From positions 64,001-128,000 of IMG/VR virus record IMGVR_UViG_3300037424_001177: a stretch of DNA of 64,000 nucleotides; one strand, written 5' to 3'. A program made the position numbers and the translations under genes. Source of the stretch: a virus. This document shows positions 39,997-49,142 of the stretch, in pieces. The notes beneath the pieces are model-generated. The model did not search any database. It saw only the letters and a program-made list of their open reading frames with translations, and was not told where the DNA came from. Numbering within the stretch: the first letter of the stretch is position 1; each line of letters opens with the position of its first letter.

Positions 39997-42900
39997 GTGA
40001 CTGATTACCTTGGACCTGGAGTTTCGAGAGTCCTCTCTGCAAAGCAGAGTGGCTTCAATACTGTGATTTGGCAGTCCGGAAAACCTCCGCTTGATGCGGA
40101 ATACAATTTGATGCAGTCGATTTCAACGGAGGGTGAGAGAAATCTTGCGCTTCGAGCGGCGCCTAGCGGCTTTTTGGGAGACGCCGCAAACCCAATCGAC
40201 TCGTTCGTGACGAACAGGATCTGGTCCAATTGGTTCAAGTTTGGTCCACAGTTTGCCGGTGAGAAGCAAGCGATCATGTGGTCCAATGTCAACGGTTGGC
40301 TGATACCAGTGACAGGCACCTTGACAGGCACGCCTCCTGGGTCGCCCAATGACGCGGATACGTGGAACAGAATCACCCTTCCACCGCCACCTGCGAACAC
40401 AGGGGACGCAAGGATCGACTTCGTGTTTCTGGAGGTTTGGCAGGCTCGCGTACCACCGAACCCTTCGACGCTCAACAAACCGGGTTCGTCAGCGCTCTAC
40501 CGCTACGGCAATGTGGAAGGCGGATATACCTTTCTAGCTGACGACTTGCAGGACCCTACGATCGGATTTGAAACCACGCAACGGGTCCAGTTGCAGTACC
40601 GGATTCGTGTTGTCTCCAACGTCGGTCTTGCGAGCTACCCTGACGGGTTTGATCCTGCAACCGTCAAAGGGCAGGGGGCGAGTGCGACGGCGACTAGCTT
40701 CGTCTTCACGAATATGCGGATCGAGCTTGGGGATGTTGGCCTCTGGCGTGCAGGTGATGGAACACAGAGCACGCTAGGCTCGGTCGACGGCTACACCTAC
40801 GCGGTTCCTATCGCAGTTGTCTTTCGTCGAAATCGTGTTTCGTGGACGGGGGACCCTGGACAGAATCTGAACGGTGCCTTCGATCGCAATCCGACTGCTG
40901 TCGATCGGACAGGTTACAAGACGTTTTCTACAATCCCGTCGCTGGCGAGTGCGTTGACGAGTAGCGCCCTGACGCTGACTTTGGCGACAGTGGTCAACAT
41001 ACCGCTTCCGTTGACGCCAGCGACTCCTGTAGCCATTCAAATCGGTGACGAGATTCTGACCTACTCGTCCATTACAGGGACGACAATGACTCTCGCAGCC
41101 CGAGGACAGTTTGGGTCTTTGGCTGAGGCCCACGTATCAGGGTCGATAGTCACAGTGCTTTCAGGCCGACCTGATGGACTGTTTGCGGATCAAATCATCA
41201 AGGACGATATCCTGGATTTGCGACACTTGACTGGGCCATCGTTGGACTACGAGGCACTGTTGCGAGGAAACCTGGACCGTCTCCTGCGAGGTCGCCTCAG
41301 GGCAACGTGGAAGCGTACAGGTGGAGGTCCACAAGGTTCGTTCGTATTCTACCAAGACAAGATTTCGGCCTCTCCAGGAGCACTTGGAGTCACGAAGTTA
41401 GACGCACCTGACGGGATTCGACAAGTTTGGGGTGATCCCGTGCTTTTGCAGGCCGTTGTGATCCCTATCAATACACCTAGCACCACTACAGGTTCGGTTT
41501 CAATAGGCGGCACATTAGGCGCCCCATTTAGCAGTGTTGTATTGAATCATCCAGCCCCGGCCGCAGGCTTCCAAGTTGGGGACATAATCACGGTTCCTAA
41601 AAGCTTGTTCATAGGCTCACTGCCTGGATCAGACGTTGACCAAATCACGCTTGTTGCGGTTCAATCGTACGTCAAGTTACGGTTCCTTGGCGAATCCGCC
41701 GATTTGTCGCTAGCGCAATACAGTGTTGCCAACAACGGGTCTGGCGACCTGCTCATTACTTTCACAGGGTCATTTGTCGTACGCACTGTTGGGGCATTCA
41801 TCACGATGCATGTGTTGTACGGTGCCGGACGCGGGCTTTCACGTCGACCTGACGCGATACATAGCCTTGCGTATTTGTCAGGCCATCCAGATATCCTGTT
41901 ACAAATTCAAGGTCTCCCTGCCGACAATCAAAGCTTGCGTACTACGTGGCTTGCGCAGTGGAGTCGGTACCGCAACGCCATGTTCAATGGAGGCCTGCCT
42001 TCGACCTGCGAATCGTACGCCGATCCGGGGAGCAAGACTGTTGTGTTGACTCCCTTTCGACGGATTCCGTACACAGCGGGTTCTGGTGGAACCCCGGCAA
42101 ACTCTACTTTCAAAACGGCCCAAAAAACAGCTGGAGCGACTCTTGGTGCTATGCCCGCTAACACGCCTGCGGGAGGCGTGAAATGGGTAGCCACAGATCC
42201 TCTTGCTTTGTTTTCGAATTATCTTGATGTGTCCGCTGGCGGAAACATGGTTGTTGTCGTCCCTCGACGACTGCTCCCCGGTTGGGGTGAAGTGAGAGTC
42301 CCCATCTTACCAGTTGATTCAGGATCTTTCGCTCAAGGAATTAACTTCTGTATCGAAGCGAAAAAAGGATCTGCCCCGCTACCAGCTGTCGTCGCGAATT
42401 ACGTACCGCAGACATCCGGTAGTGGTTCGGCGAGCTATCAAATATTTTCGACGACGGACAACTTCACTACGTTCACGTCCGCTGTGTACAACACGTCATT
42501 TATAGGCGTAGGAAACAAGATGGCGGGGATGCGGTTTTTTACGGATGGCCGAGGTCTGGGACGTCAGGGATTAGAGTTACCACCTTTTTACGGTATTGCG
42601 CGGTTGTTCGCTGTGTATGAAGCGCAGGACTACGGCACCAATAACAGTGCGTTTGATCCTACAACTCGTGAACCTTTGGTATCGGGAGGTGCAAAAAACC
42701 TCTTGCGTCAAAATTTCTCTGGTCCTACATTTTGGATTGAATCAGATGTTGACGGAGATCCAACGTTCATTTTGAACGCTGATGTGATCGACATTACGAA
42801 GAGTCCAAATCCTATTGCGTCGTTCAGTGCCGCAGACTATGTGATCGAGGCCTCAATCTTTGGGTGTGATCGTGGGTTTTTTGACTTCAACCAGGATGCA

Positions 42901-44052
42901 CGCATCGTACTTAATCGTGGATGGATCCCCACTGATTTAAGCGCACAAGGTGCAGGAAAACATATTGTCAATCCTGTGTTCATTCTTCCTGGTGCGCCTC
43001 AAGTTGGAGACGAGATCGCGATCAACTACAGCCGGACTCCGTACCAGGGAGATGTTTGGGGCAGCCAAAGCACCCAATCGGATCTTGGGTACAAGCCGGG
43101 AACACTCACGACAGCGATCCGCTACCAGCTGTTGAACACCGAGTTGACTTACTCGAACCTCACACGACCAAATCAAAAGGTTCTCGAGGTCCTGGCTAGT
43201 GTCAAATTCGTAACCACTCTCGGCACGGGACGGCTTTCAGGCGACGTCCCAGCCAACGACGAAGACGTTCGTGTGCCAGGATACGAGCCGTGGCTGATCC
43301 CGGCGACTGCCGTTGTTCCACGTGCAACGCCAACCCCTGAGGCCCTGTCTACGTCTGAGAAAGGTCTCCCGATCGGAAACGATTACCTGGGGATGACCGA
43401 GCGACTCCCGTTGGGAGCGCTCTTTCGGGACAAGGACTTCCGGGGGAACTACATCGGAGACATTGGGCCGTTTTCGGTCGATTACAGTGCGCCTGGGATC
43501 CAAGCAGCTTCAGTTGCACCGGTCCAGAATCTCGAATACGAAACCGTACCCGTCCACACAGGTTCGGTGACTGGCGGGAGTGCTGGGGAGACCGTGGTCC
43601 ATGTGGACGGTAACGACGGCAACTACTCGGTCCTGACCAACTACCGCACCAATCGAGGCGGTAGCGCGTTTTCCGTGTTCGGGCACTCCGGTGGGGACGT
43701 GGGGGCGATCACCCCTCCCAGCGCCAGCCACACGACCTCTGGAGGGGTTTTGGCGGGTCTTGCTATGTTGGTTCGGAATGTGCCGACGAACGTTGGAGCC
43801 AACGAGGTGTCGGCGGGTGATGAGCTGTTGTTGCTCATTGCGACGACAGCACGACCTATGGACAGCGGGGCGGACAACATCAATGCCGTCCAGGTGAGTA
43901 CGTCAGGTACGGGTGAGGGTTACGGGGCCGCCGATTTGTACCGGCTGACAGGTCACCCAATCACCAACAATCCGGCACGTTCAACGATTGACCCGTCGAC
44001 AGTCGTACTGGCACGCGCCTCCGACTTGTTGTTGACTAACGAAGTGCTCTAG
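39997..44052 (+). CDS. Large baseplate/tail protein, 1351 aa
   Basis: N-terminal ~430 aa paralogous to 34730..37357. Confidence 0.75.
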   Translation: MTDYLGPGVSRVLSAKQSGFNTVIWQSGKPPLDAEYNLMQSISTEGERNLALRAAPSGFLGDAANPIDSFVTNRIWSNWFKFGPQFAGEKQAIMWSNVNGWLIPVTGTLTGTPPGSPNDADTWNRITLPPPPANTGDARIDFVFLEVWQARVPPNPSTLNKPGSSALYRYGNVEGGYTFLADDLQDPTIGFETTQRVQLQYRIRVVSNVGLASYPDGFDPATVKGQGASATATSFVFTNMRIELGDVGLWRAGDGTQSTLGSVDGYTYAVPIAVVFRRNRVSWTGDPGQNLNGAFDRNPTAVDRTGYKTFSTIPSLASALTSSALTLTLATVVNIPLPLTPATPVAIQIGDEILTYSSITGTTMTLAARGQFGSLAEAHVSGSIVTVLSGRPDGLFADQIIKDDILDLRHLTGPSLDYEALLRGNLDRLLRGRLRATWKRTGGGPQGSFVFYQDKISASPGALGVTKLDAPDGIRQVWGDPVLLQAVVIPINTPSTTTGSVSIGGTLGAPFSSVVLNHPAPAAGFQVGDIITVPKSLFIGSLPGSDVDQITLVAVQSYVKLRFLGESADLSLAQYSVANNGSGDLLITFTGSFVVRTVGAFITMHVLYGAGRGLSRRPDAIHSLAYLSGHPDILLQIQGLPADNQSLRTTWLAQWSRYRNAMFNGGLPSTCESYADPGSKTVVLTPFRRIPYTAGSGGTPANSTFKTAQKTAGATLGAMPANTPAGGVKWVATDPLALFSNYLDVSAGGNMVVVVPRRLLPGWGEVRVPILPVDSGSFAQGINFCIEAKKGSAPLPAVVANYVPQTSGSGSASYQIFSTTDNFTTFTSAVYNTSFIGVGNKMAGMRFFTDGRGLGRQGLELPPFYGIARLFAVYEAQDYGTNNSAFDPTTREPLVSGGAKNLLRQNFSGPTFWIESDVDGDPTFILNADVIDITKSPNPIASFSAADYVIEASIFGCDRGFFDFNQDARIVLNRGWIPTDLSAQGAGKHIVNPVFILPGAPQVGDEIAINYSRTPYQGDVWGSQSTQSDLGYKPGTLTTAIRYQLLNTELTYSNLTRPNQKVLEVLASVKFVTTLGTGRLSGDVPANDEDVRVPGYEPWLIPATAVVPRATPTPEALSTSEKGLPIGNDYLGMTERLPLGALFRDKDFRGNYIGDIGPFSVDYSAPGIQAASVAPVQNLEYETVPVHTGSVTGGSAGETVVHVDGNDGNYSVLTNYRTNRGGSAFSVFGHSGGDVGAITPPSASHTTSGGVLAGLAMLVRNVPTNVGANEVSAGDELLLLIATTARPMDSGADNINAVQVSTSGTGEGYGAADLYRLTGHPITNNPARSTIDPSTVVLARASDLLLTNEVL

Positions 44053-44684
44053 AGGTCACTCCAGTCCTTCTGGGGTGATCGTTGGTCTTTCCTGGTGTTG
44101 CGCAAGAACTGTTGTTTGTACGAGCCCATGTAGCCGTCGGGTCGCTTGTGCTTTTGGTACTTCTTGTGCAAGAAGTTGATCATCGGAATTGTCTCTTCGT
44201 CGACGGATGACCAGATGTCGAACCAAATCGTACTCCATTTTCGCTTGTACGGTTTCCATTCAGTAATGTCTGCGTGAACGAAGCCGAGTTTCCGTTGGGC
44301 GTCGGGCAACTTTTTGAGAACGTCTCCGACAACACGAAGGACTTCAGCATCGGATTCGACGACGGTGACCGTGCGCACTGTTGGTTTTTGTAAGATCGCG
44401 ACCGTAGTCATGCCGATTCCGAGTCCTGCGATGAGCACGTCGCCAAAGGCCTCCGACACAACTTGACGGTTTGCTAGTTGCTCAGCAGGTGAATCTTGTG
44501 CGAGCAACTTGGGCAGCAAGATCGCTGTACGATAGAGGCGGCAACAACATGCCTTAGGGAATTTGACTTCCGTTCCTTTACCGTCAGGCGTGTCGATGTA
44601 GTGGGTTTCCTCGACCTCCTCGTGCTTGATTTCTATGTGTCCACTGATGGTGGGGCGGAAAACGGAAATCATGGGAACGAACAT
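44049..44684 (-). CDS. Spermidine-synthase-like SAM-dependent methyltransferase
   Basis: DVLIAGLGIG, VTVVE, HADI, IWFDIW. Confidence 0.75.
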   Translation of the reverse strand: MFVPMISVFRPTISGHIEIKHEEVEETHYIDTPDGKGTEVKFPKACCCRLYRTAILLPKLLAQDSPAEQLANRQVVSEAFGDVLIAGLGIGMTTVAILQKPTVRTVTVVESDAEVLRVVGDVLKKLPDAQRKLGFVHADITEWKPYKRKWSTIWFDIWSSVDEETIPMINFLHKKYQKHKRPDGYMGSYKQQFLRNTRKDQRSPQKDWSDL

Positions 44685-44690
44685 TTTTGA

Positions 44691-45005
44691 TCAAACTCCG
44701 GTGAGTTCCTTGGCTACAGCTAACCAAGCGAGGCGTTCGTCGTCCAACACGAGGTATGGTTTGATTCCCACAGTGCGCCTGGCGATGATTTCCGGCTTTG
44801 TCAGATGCTTGCCTTGAAGGAACTCGTCGCTGACGCCTACGGTCGGGTGTGTGTCCGAAATGCTGAATGTCTTTTTGCATTCGAGGCACAGATGCTTCTT
44901 GTGTAGCCGCGTCAACCAGGGCCCTATGTCGAGGTGCCTTGCTTCACAAGATGGACAGAATATGGGGCAGGGATAGGGTGGAACGATGTCAGAAAGACCC
45001 GACAT
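44691..45005 (-). CDS. Small zinc-binding protein
   Basis: CPSC...H...HLCLEC. Start moved to ATG 45005 because the longer ORF runs through the repeat cluster. Confidence 0.6.
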   Translation of the reverse strand: MSGLSDIVPPYPCPIFCPSCEARHLDIGPWLTRLHKKHLCLECKKTFSISDTHPTVGVSDEFLQGKHLTKPEIIARRTVGIKPYLVLDDERLAWLAVAKELTGV

Positions 45006-45018
45006 GAAGTCTACCCAC

Positions 45019-45216
45019 GTTTCAATTTTTATTGGCCATTCGAAGGATGACGGATAAAGCTTAACCACTTTTAGCACCTGTTTTTTCAATTTATCCGCTG
45101 TCCTTGTCACCGGGGCCCGATAAAGCGTCTGAGGAGTCACCACGTCAGGACCGTCTATCCGATATTGGTACTCGTTCCAGTTTCAATTTATCCGCTGTCC
45201 TAAGACCAACGGAAAG
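45019..45216 (-). CRISPR. Degenerate mini-array: repeat (45180-45216), ~74-nt insert, partial repeat (45084-45104), ~31 nt, degenerate repeat (45019-45057)
   Basis: Minus strand CTTT-CCGTTGGTCTTAGGACAGCGG-ATAA-ATTGAAAC. 21-nt exact direct repeat at 45084-45104 and 45181-45201; third unit ends ATAAAAATTGAAAC. Confidence 0.6.
45106..45181 (-). repeat. Diverged copy of the 3' end of the adjacent lipoprotein gene (45280-45355)
   Basis: Ungapped alignment, 68/76 identical. Confidence 0.95.
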
Positions 45217-45219
45217 ACC

Positions 45220-45248
45220 AATTTAGCAGAGTGGTCTTTCCGTTGCAA
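45220..45248 (-). promoter_or_regulatory. Sigma70-type promoter with overlapping 14-bp inverted repeat
   Basis: Minus strand TTGCAA (45248-45243), 17 bp, TGc, TAAATT (45225-45220). Perfect IR CAACGGAAAGACCA (45207-45220) / TGGTCTTTCCGTTG (45232-45245). Confidence 0.65.
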
Positions 45249-45260
45249 GTGTTGAACACT

Positions 45261-47798
45261 CTAGAACGCCTGGTACGTAGTCACTGGGGCCCGATACAGC
45301 GTCTGAGGAGTCACCACGTCAGGACCGTCTACCTGATACGGGTATTGGTTCCAGTAGCCCCAGCTCAGCCAGTACACGTAGTCGTCGTCAGCGACATCGG
45401 CAATGACCGCGTAGGCTTGGTGCGAATACCCTGTCCAATAGCCGCTCGTGAAGTTTCTCGTGTCCAGGTATTGATAGTTTGTGTAGATCAGGTCGCCTTT
45501 GCTGAACTGGTACTCGCTACCGACCCCGAGGCTTCCTGTGGTTTGAAAATGCAACAGATCGGCTGTCGCGTCCTCGGGGTAGGCGCCGAAGATGAAGTAT
45601 TTGTTGTCGGAGGTCGCGATGATTTGGCCCGACTCCATTCTGATCAAGTCGACAGGCCAGTGCAGAGGTTGACCTGTAACAAGGAAACCATTTTCGTTGA
45701 TGTATGTGGCGGAGAACGCTAACGAGGTCTCGTTTTCGATGGTTGACGGTATCGGCGAGGGGCCCGTCGTCGAGTGCTTCAACAACCCTGCGACGTAGGA
45801 AGGTTGGACGTTCCAGTAGTAGATGAAGTCTTCGTCGACGACAATTTTTGGTGGTATCCACCAAGTACCTGTGATTGCGAAGACGACTTCTCCGTACGAC
45901 AGTGAATCAATTGGCGCACGGTAGAACGTCACGGTTCTGAACGGGTAGCCGATCGGATCGCAGCCATTGCCAACCCCGTAACACGGTCCTTCCTGGTCCT
46001 CGTTGTGCCAGTAAACGTGTGTCGAGTTCTTCGTGAGGCGCTGGACTAAGCGTCCACTATAGACTTGCGTGCAGTTGAGCGGATCTGGAATCGTTGTCGC
46101 GCAGCGTATGATTTCGGACGTATTGGCGCCGTTAGAGACTGATCCTTTGATGATGTACAGGTGTTGCCCAGCCGCTAATATGCCGCCGATGCCAGTGTTG
46201 ATGTCGAAACTCGTGATGAGTTCGGACGCGCTTCCGTCCTTGGGCATTTTTCGAACAATGGCTTGATTTGCGTCGTAGTCGTATTCGGAGGTGTAGAGGT
46301 TGTTCTCGTCTTGGGTCAGACCTTGCCATCCACTGCTCCCCCCACCTGGATGGACCGCAATCGGTTCGATCCCCGGGTACTCGCAGGTCCCGTTGAGGCA
46401 TTGGCCGCCGTTGCACGCGAGCCCACACACGCCGCAGTTCGTGTCGTCGTTCTGGATGTTTGTTTCACATCCGGGAGCGGCCGTGCAGTCAGCGAAACCT
46501 TGGATGCAGGTGAAGCCGCATCCTTCGACGGCGCCGACACAAATTGGATCAGCGTTCTCGGGTGTCGCCGTGCAAGCGTCGCCACACGACGTGCAGTTGG
46601 TCGAAGAGCCGAACGTGGTTTCACATCCTGGAGCAGCCGTACAGTCGGCGAAGCCAGTCACACAGGCGGTGCTACACACGCCAGCCCCTGAGCAGATTGG
46701 CGCCGTGTTCGGATCGACCGGACACGAGACGATCGAGCCCCATTCTCCCGTAGCGTCGCAAGTCTCAGTCGCAGAGCCACTGCAACGCATCGTCCCTGGC
46801 TCACAGTTGCCCGTACAGGCTCCGTTCAGGCAGGCGTAGGGGCAAGTTGTCGTTGGCGGCTGCCAAGCCCCCTGGGTGTCACAAGATTCGATTCCGAGCC
46901 CGGAGCAACGTAGGTCTCCTGGCTCACACGTCCCGGCACAGACGCCGTCACCGTCGCAAGCGAATTCACAGTCAGTGTCCGGGATCCATTCCCCGTTCGA
47001 GTCACAAACTTCGACGGTCGGCCCTCCGACACATCGCTTGGTTCCGGGGATGCATTCCCCGGTACAGGAGGCCGTGCCCGATTCCTCTTTGCACACGAAG
47101 TCACAAATGTTGGTCTGGACAAATAGACCTTGTCCGTCACACAAGGCAGTGATCAGGGTCATGGTCAGGTCGGGAACTTGTAGGCACGCGTTGGTCCCAG
47201 GCACACATACGCCTGTACATGCACCGTTTTCGCAGCCGAAGGGACATGATTCAGTAGACCATTGTCCGAAGGCGTCGCAGATCTCGTGTTCCCCTGTGTT
47301 GAGCGTACAGCGAGCGTCTTCGGGAACACACTCACCGATGCATCCGAATTCGTTGTCACAGGCGAACGGACACGTTTCGGTTGGGATCCATTCCGAGCCG
47401 TCTTGGCGACAGGATTCGAACGCGGAGCCGTTGCACTGGGTCGTGCTTGGTTCGCAAAATGTCGTCGCAGGTGAGCCAGCTGTTCCTGTTCCTCCGATGC
47501 CAGTCACTCCTGCGCTTCCGCCAGGGGAGCTGCCACCAGATCCACCAGAACCGCCTAGGTTATCGGCACCCGCGTCTGGCTCAGGTGTGGTGACGGGATC
47601 CGTTCCACTTTGAGAGCCTCCAGAACTTGCGTTTATAGCGGGCTCGAGTTCGGGCGGAATAGGGGCGGAACCCGGTATGCCGATTTGCTTCGGCCCGTAG
47701 AGGCTTTCTCCGCAACCTGCGACAGCGAGCAAGATCGCGAATAATGTGCCAAATCTGGACGGGCAGGTCTTCCGGTTACCTTTGAAGTCGTGTACCAT
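45261..47798 (-). CDS. Cys-rich repeat lipoprotein with C-terminal beta-propeller-like domain (myxobacterial style)
   Basis: Lipobox LAVAGC, GGSGG linker, repeated C.PG..RC...E.C...G.W...C.F.C..G.C.G units, GFADC...PGCET repeats, D...VYW propeller blades. Confidence 0.8.
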   Translation of the reverse strand: MVHDFKGNRKTCPSRFGTLFAILLAVAGCGESLYGPKQIGIPGSAPIPPELEPAINASSGGSQSGTDPVTTPEPDAGADNLGGSGGSGGSSPGGSAGVTGIGGTGTAGSPATTFCEPSTTQCNGSAFESCRQDGSEWIPTETCPFACDNEFGCIGECVPEDARCTLNTGEHEICDAFGQWSTESCPFGCENGACTGVCVPGTNACLQVPDLTMTLITALCDGQGLFVQTNICDFVCKEESGTASCTGECIPGTKRCVGGPTVEVCDSNGEWIPDTDCEFACDGDGVCAGTCEPGDLRCSGLGIESCDTQGAWQPPTTTCPYACLNGACTGNCEPGTMRCSGSATETCDATGEWGSIVSCPVDPNTAPICSGAGVCSTACVTGFADCTAAPGCETTFGSSTNCTSCGDACTATPENADPICVGAVEGCGFTCIQGFADCTAAPGCETNIQNDDTNCGVCGLACNGGQCLNGTCEYPGIEPIAVHPGGGSSGWQGLTQDENNLYTSEYDYDANQAIVRKMPKDGSASELITSFDINTGIGGILAAGQHLYIIKGSVSNGANTSEIIRCATTIPDPLNCTQVYSGRLVQRLTKNSTHVYWHNEDQEGPCYGVGNGCDPIGYPFRTVTFYRAPIDSLSYGEVVFAITGTWWIPPKIVVDEDFIYYWNVQPSYVAGLLKHSTTGPSPIPSTIENETSLAFSATYINENGFLVTGQPLHWPVDLIRMESGQIIATSDNKYFIFGAYPEDATADLLHFQTTGSLGVGSEYQFSKGDLIYTNYQYLDTRNFTSGYWTGYSHQAYAVIADVADDDYVYWLSWGYWNQYPYQVDGPDVVTPQTLYRAPVTTYQAF

Positions 47799-47854
47799 GA
47801 CATAGCTAAATACGGTTGAGGGCCTTCAAAACTTGAAAATGAAAGTGTGAATTT

Positions 47855-48607
47855 GTGAGCAGAAAAGTCACAATCGGAGCAGCGTCCAAGACGGTCCCGA
47901 TCAAACGAGGCGTGACGTTTGGTCACTGGACCGTAATGTCAGCACCGTATCGGCAAGGTCGCAAACCGTACGTCAAATGTCGTTGCGCTTGTGGCACACA
48001 ACGAGGTGTCCAAGTTGACAGTTTGTGTGCAGGTCGCAGCAAGGGCTGTGGTTGTCGTTTAAGTGGACGCGGGCGTCCCGCACGACACGGTTTCGCCTGT
48101 AAAGGGAACCCTCAAAATAACACGTATCAGTCTTGGGCGCACATGCGTTATTTTGTTGAGAAGCGAGGAGTTCGAGTAGCCCCTCGGTGGCAAGTGTTCG
48201 AAGAATTCCTGGCGGACATGGGACCTTGCCCGGTTGGCAAGATGCTAGGGCGCTTACATCCGAGCCGGGGGTATCACGTCAATAATTGTGTGTGGACTCA
48301 ACACGAACGATTCAACAATCGGAAGCGAACGACTTTTTGGGTGACGTGGAAAGGGCGATCGCAAAGTCTGGCGGATCTCGCACGACTTGAAAACGTGAAC
48401 TACGAAAAGTTGCGAGGTCGGCTGAGGAAGACATCGATTGAAGCCCTGCGAGAAATTGTTCAGCAGTTGAGAGCGGAAGGATCTACTTACGTTCCCTACA
48501 TCGACCGCCGTCCTGGACGTCGTCGCCCCAAATCATGGCGTCATGAAATTCGAGGGGACGAACGACGATCAATGCCTGTCGGTGTTCCAGTTTTGGATGT
48601 CGCGTAG
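47855..48607 (+). CDS. HNH/AP2-type homing endonuclease, probably degenerate
   Basis: FGHWTV...CRCACG...SKGCGC...TYQSW..M...W..FEEFLADMG..P...GY...NC.W. The usual (S/T)IDRID appears as MLGRLH. Confidence 0.75.
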   Translation: MSRKVTIGAASKTVPIKRGVTFGHWTVMSAPYRQGRKPYVKCRCACGTQRGVQVDSLCAGRSKGCGCRLSGRGRPARHGFACKGNPQNNTYQSWAHMRYFVEKRGVRVAPRWQVFEEFLADMGPCPVGKMLGRLHPSRGYHVNNCVWTQHERFNNRKRTTFWVTWKGRSQSLADLARLENVNYEKLRGRLRKTSIEALREIVQQLRAEGSTYVPYIDRRPGRRRPKSWRHEIRGDERRSMPVGVPVLDVA

Positions 48608-48692
48608 CACCATAGGACTGCGCCCATTTTTCAGTTACTACGGCGGCAAATGGCGGGAAACTCTGAAACTCCCGCAGTGGTCTACACGGTAG
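48597..48692 (+). pseudogene. N-terminal remnant of a Dam-like DNA methyltransferase
   Basis: Manual translation: MSRSTIGLRPFFSYYGGKWRETLKLPQWSTR*. PFFSYYGGK is D12 methylase motif X. Confidence 0.7.
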
Positions 48693-48916
48693 CTGCTGGC
48701 GCTTCTGTTGACAAGTATAAGACCTGGCTGAAGTCGATGTTGCGTGACAAGAAGACGGTCTCACAGTGGTCAAGGGACGTTTTGTCCGCTGCTCGTGTTC
48801 ACGCGGCCACACGTACAGATGAGACTCTTCGGCTTTTGGGTGATGCTGCTTGTGCAGAGGCCCCTATCGCACACTCCTCTGTCGATACTTGGCTGGAGGA
48901 CTTTGGGTTTATCTGA
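48650..48916 (+). CDS. Hypothetical protein or 3' remnant of a larger gene
   Basis: 88 aa ORF overlapping the methylase remnant in another frame. Confidence 0.35.
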   Translation: MAGNSETPAVVYTVAAGASVDKYKTWLKSMLRDKKTVSQWSRDVLSAARVHAATRTDETLRLLGDAACAEAPIAHSSVDTWLEDFGFI

Positions 48917-48940
48917 TTTTGTTTATCACCACAGTTGTGT

Positions 48941-49141
48941 ATGGCAGCGCGAACACTGACCTACCTCGATATTCCACCTAATCGCCGACAAGCGATGGCG
49001 GTGAAACATCACGCGAAGCTCTTGGAACGTTTGGCGGATCCAAGTAACACGCTAAGTCAAGCTCAGGAGCTAGTACAACAGTTGACGCGCCTCAACCAGT
49101 GGGCAAATGGTGTGTTGCCGGTTCCAGCTTCGGAGAATTGA
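48941..49141 (+). CDS. Hypothetical small protein
   Basis: MAARTLTY..., directly upstream of the membrane protein cluster. Confidence 0.55.
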   Translation: MAARTLTYLDIPPNRRQAMAVKHHAKLLERLADPSNTLSQAQELVQQLTRLNQWANGVLPVPASEN

Positions 49142-49142
49142 C

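Noticed and set aside
39683-40000. 105-aa ORF bridging two tail genes
   Set aside because: Largely overlaps the upstream gene and has no recognisable motif; a shorter gene in the 39813-39996 gap is possible but unsupported.
45006-45143. N-terminal 46 codons of the 150-aa ORF 44691..45143
   Set aside because: They run through the repeat cluster and the duplicated gene end, so this is most likely a fortuitous open frame; ATG 45005 is preferred.
45106-45355. Diversity-generating retroelement TR/VR pair at the 3' end of the lipoprotein gene
   Set aside because: Only 3 of 8 differences are at adenines of the putative template on the coding strand, and no reverse transcriptase is present in the window.
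45231-47613. Plus-strand ORFs of 100-245 aa opposite the lipoprotein gene, and similar shadow ORFs elsewhere
   Set aside because: Antisense or off-frame shadows of GC-rich or repetitive coding sequence, with no motifs or RBS.
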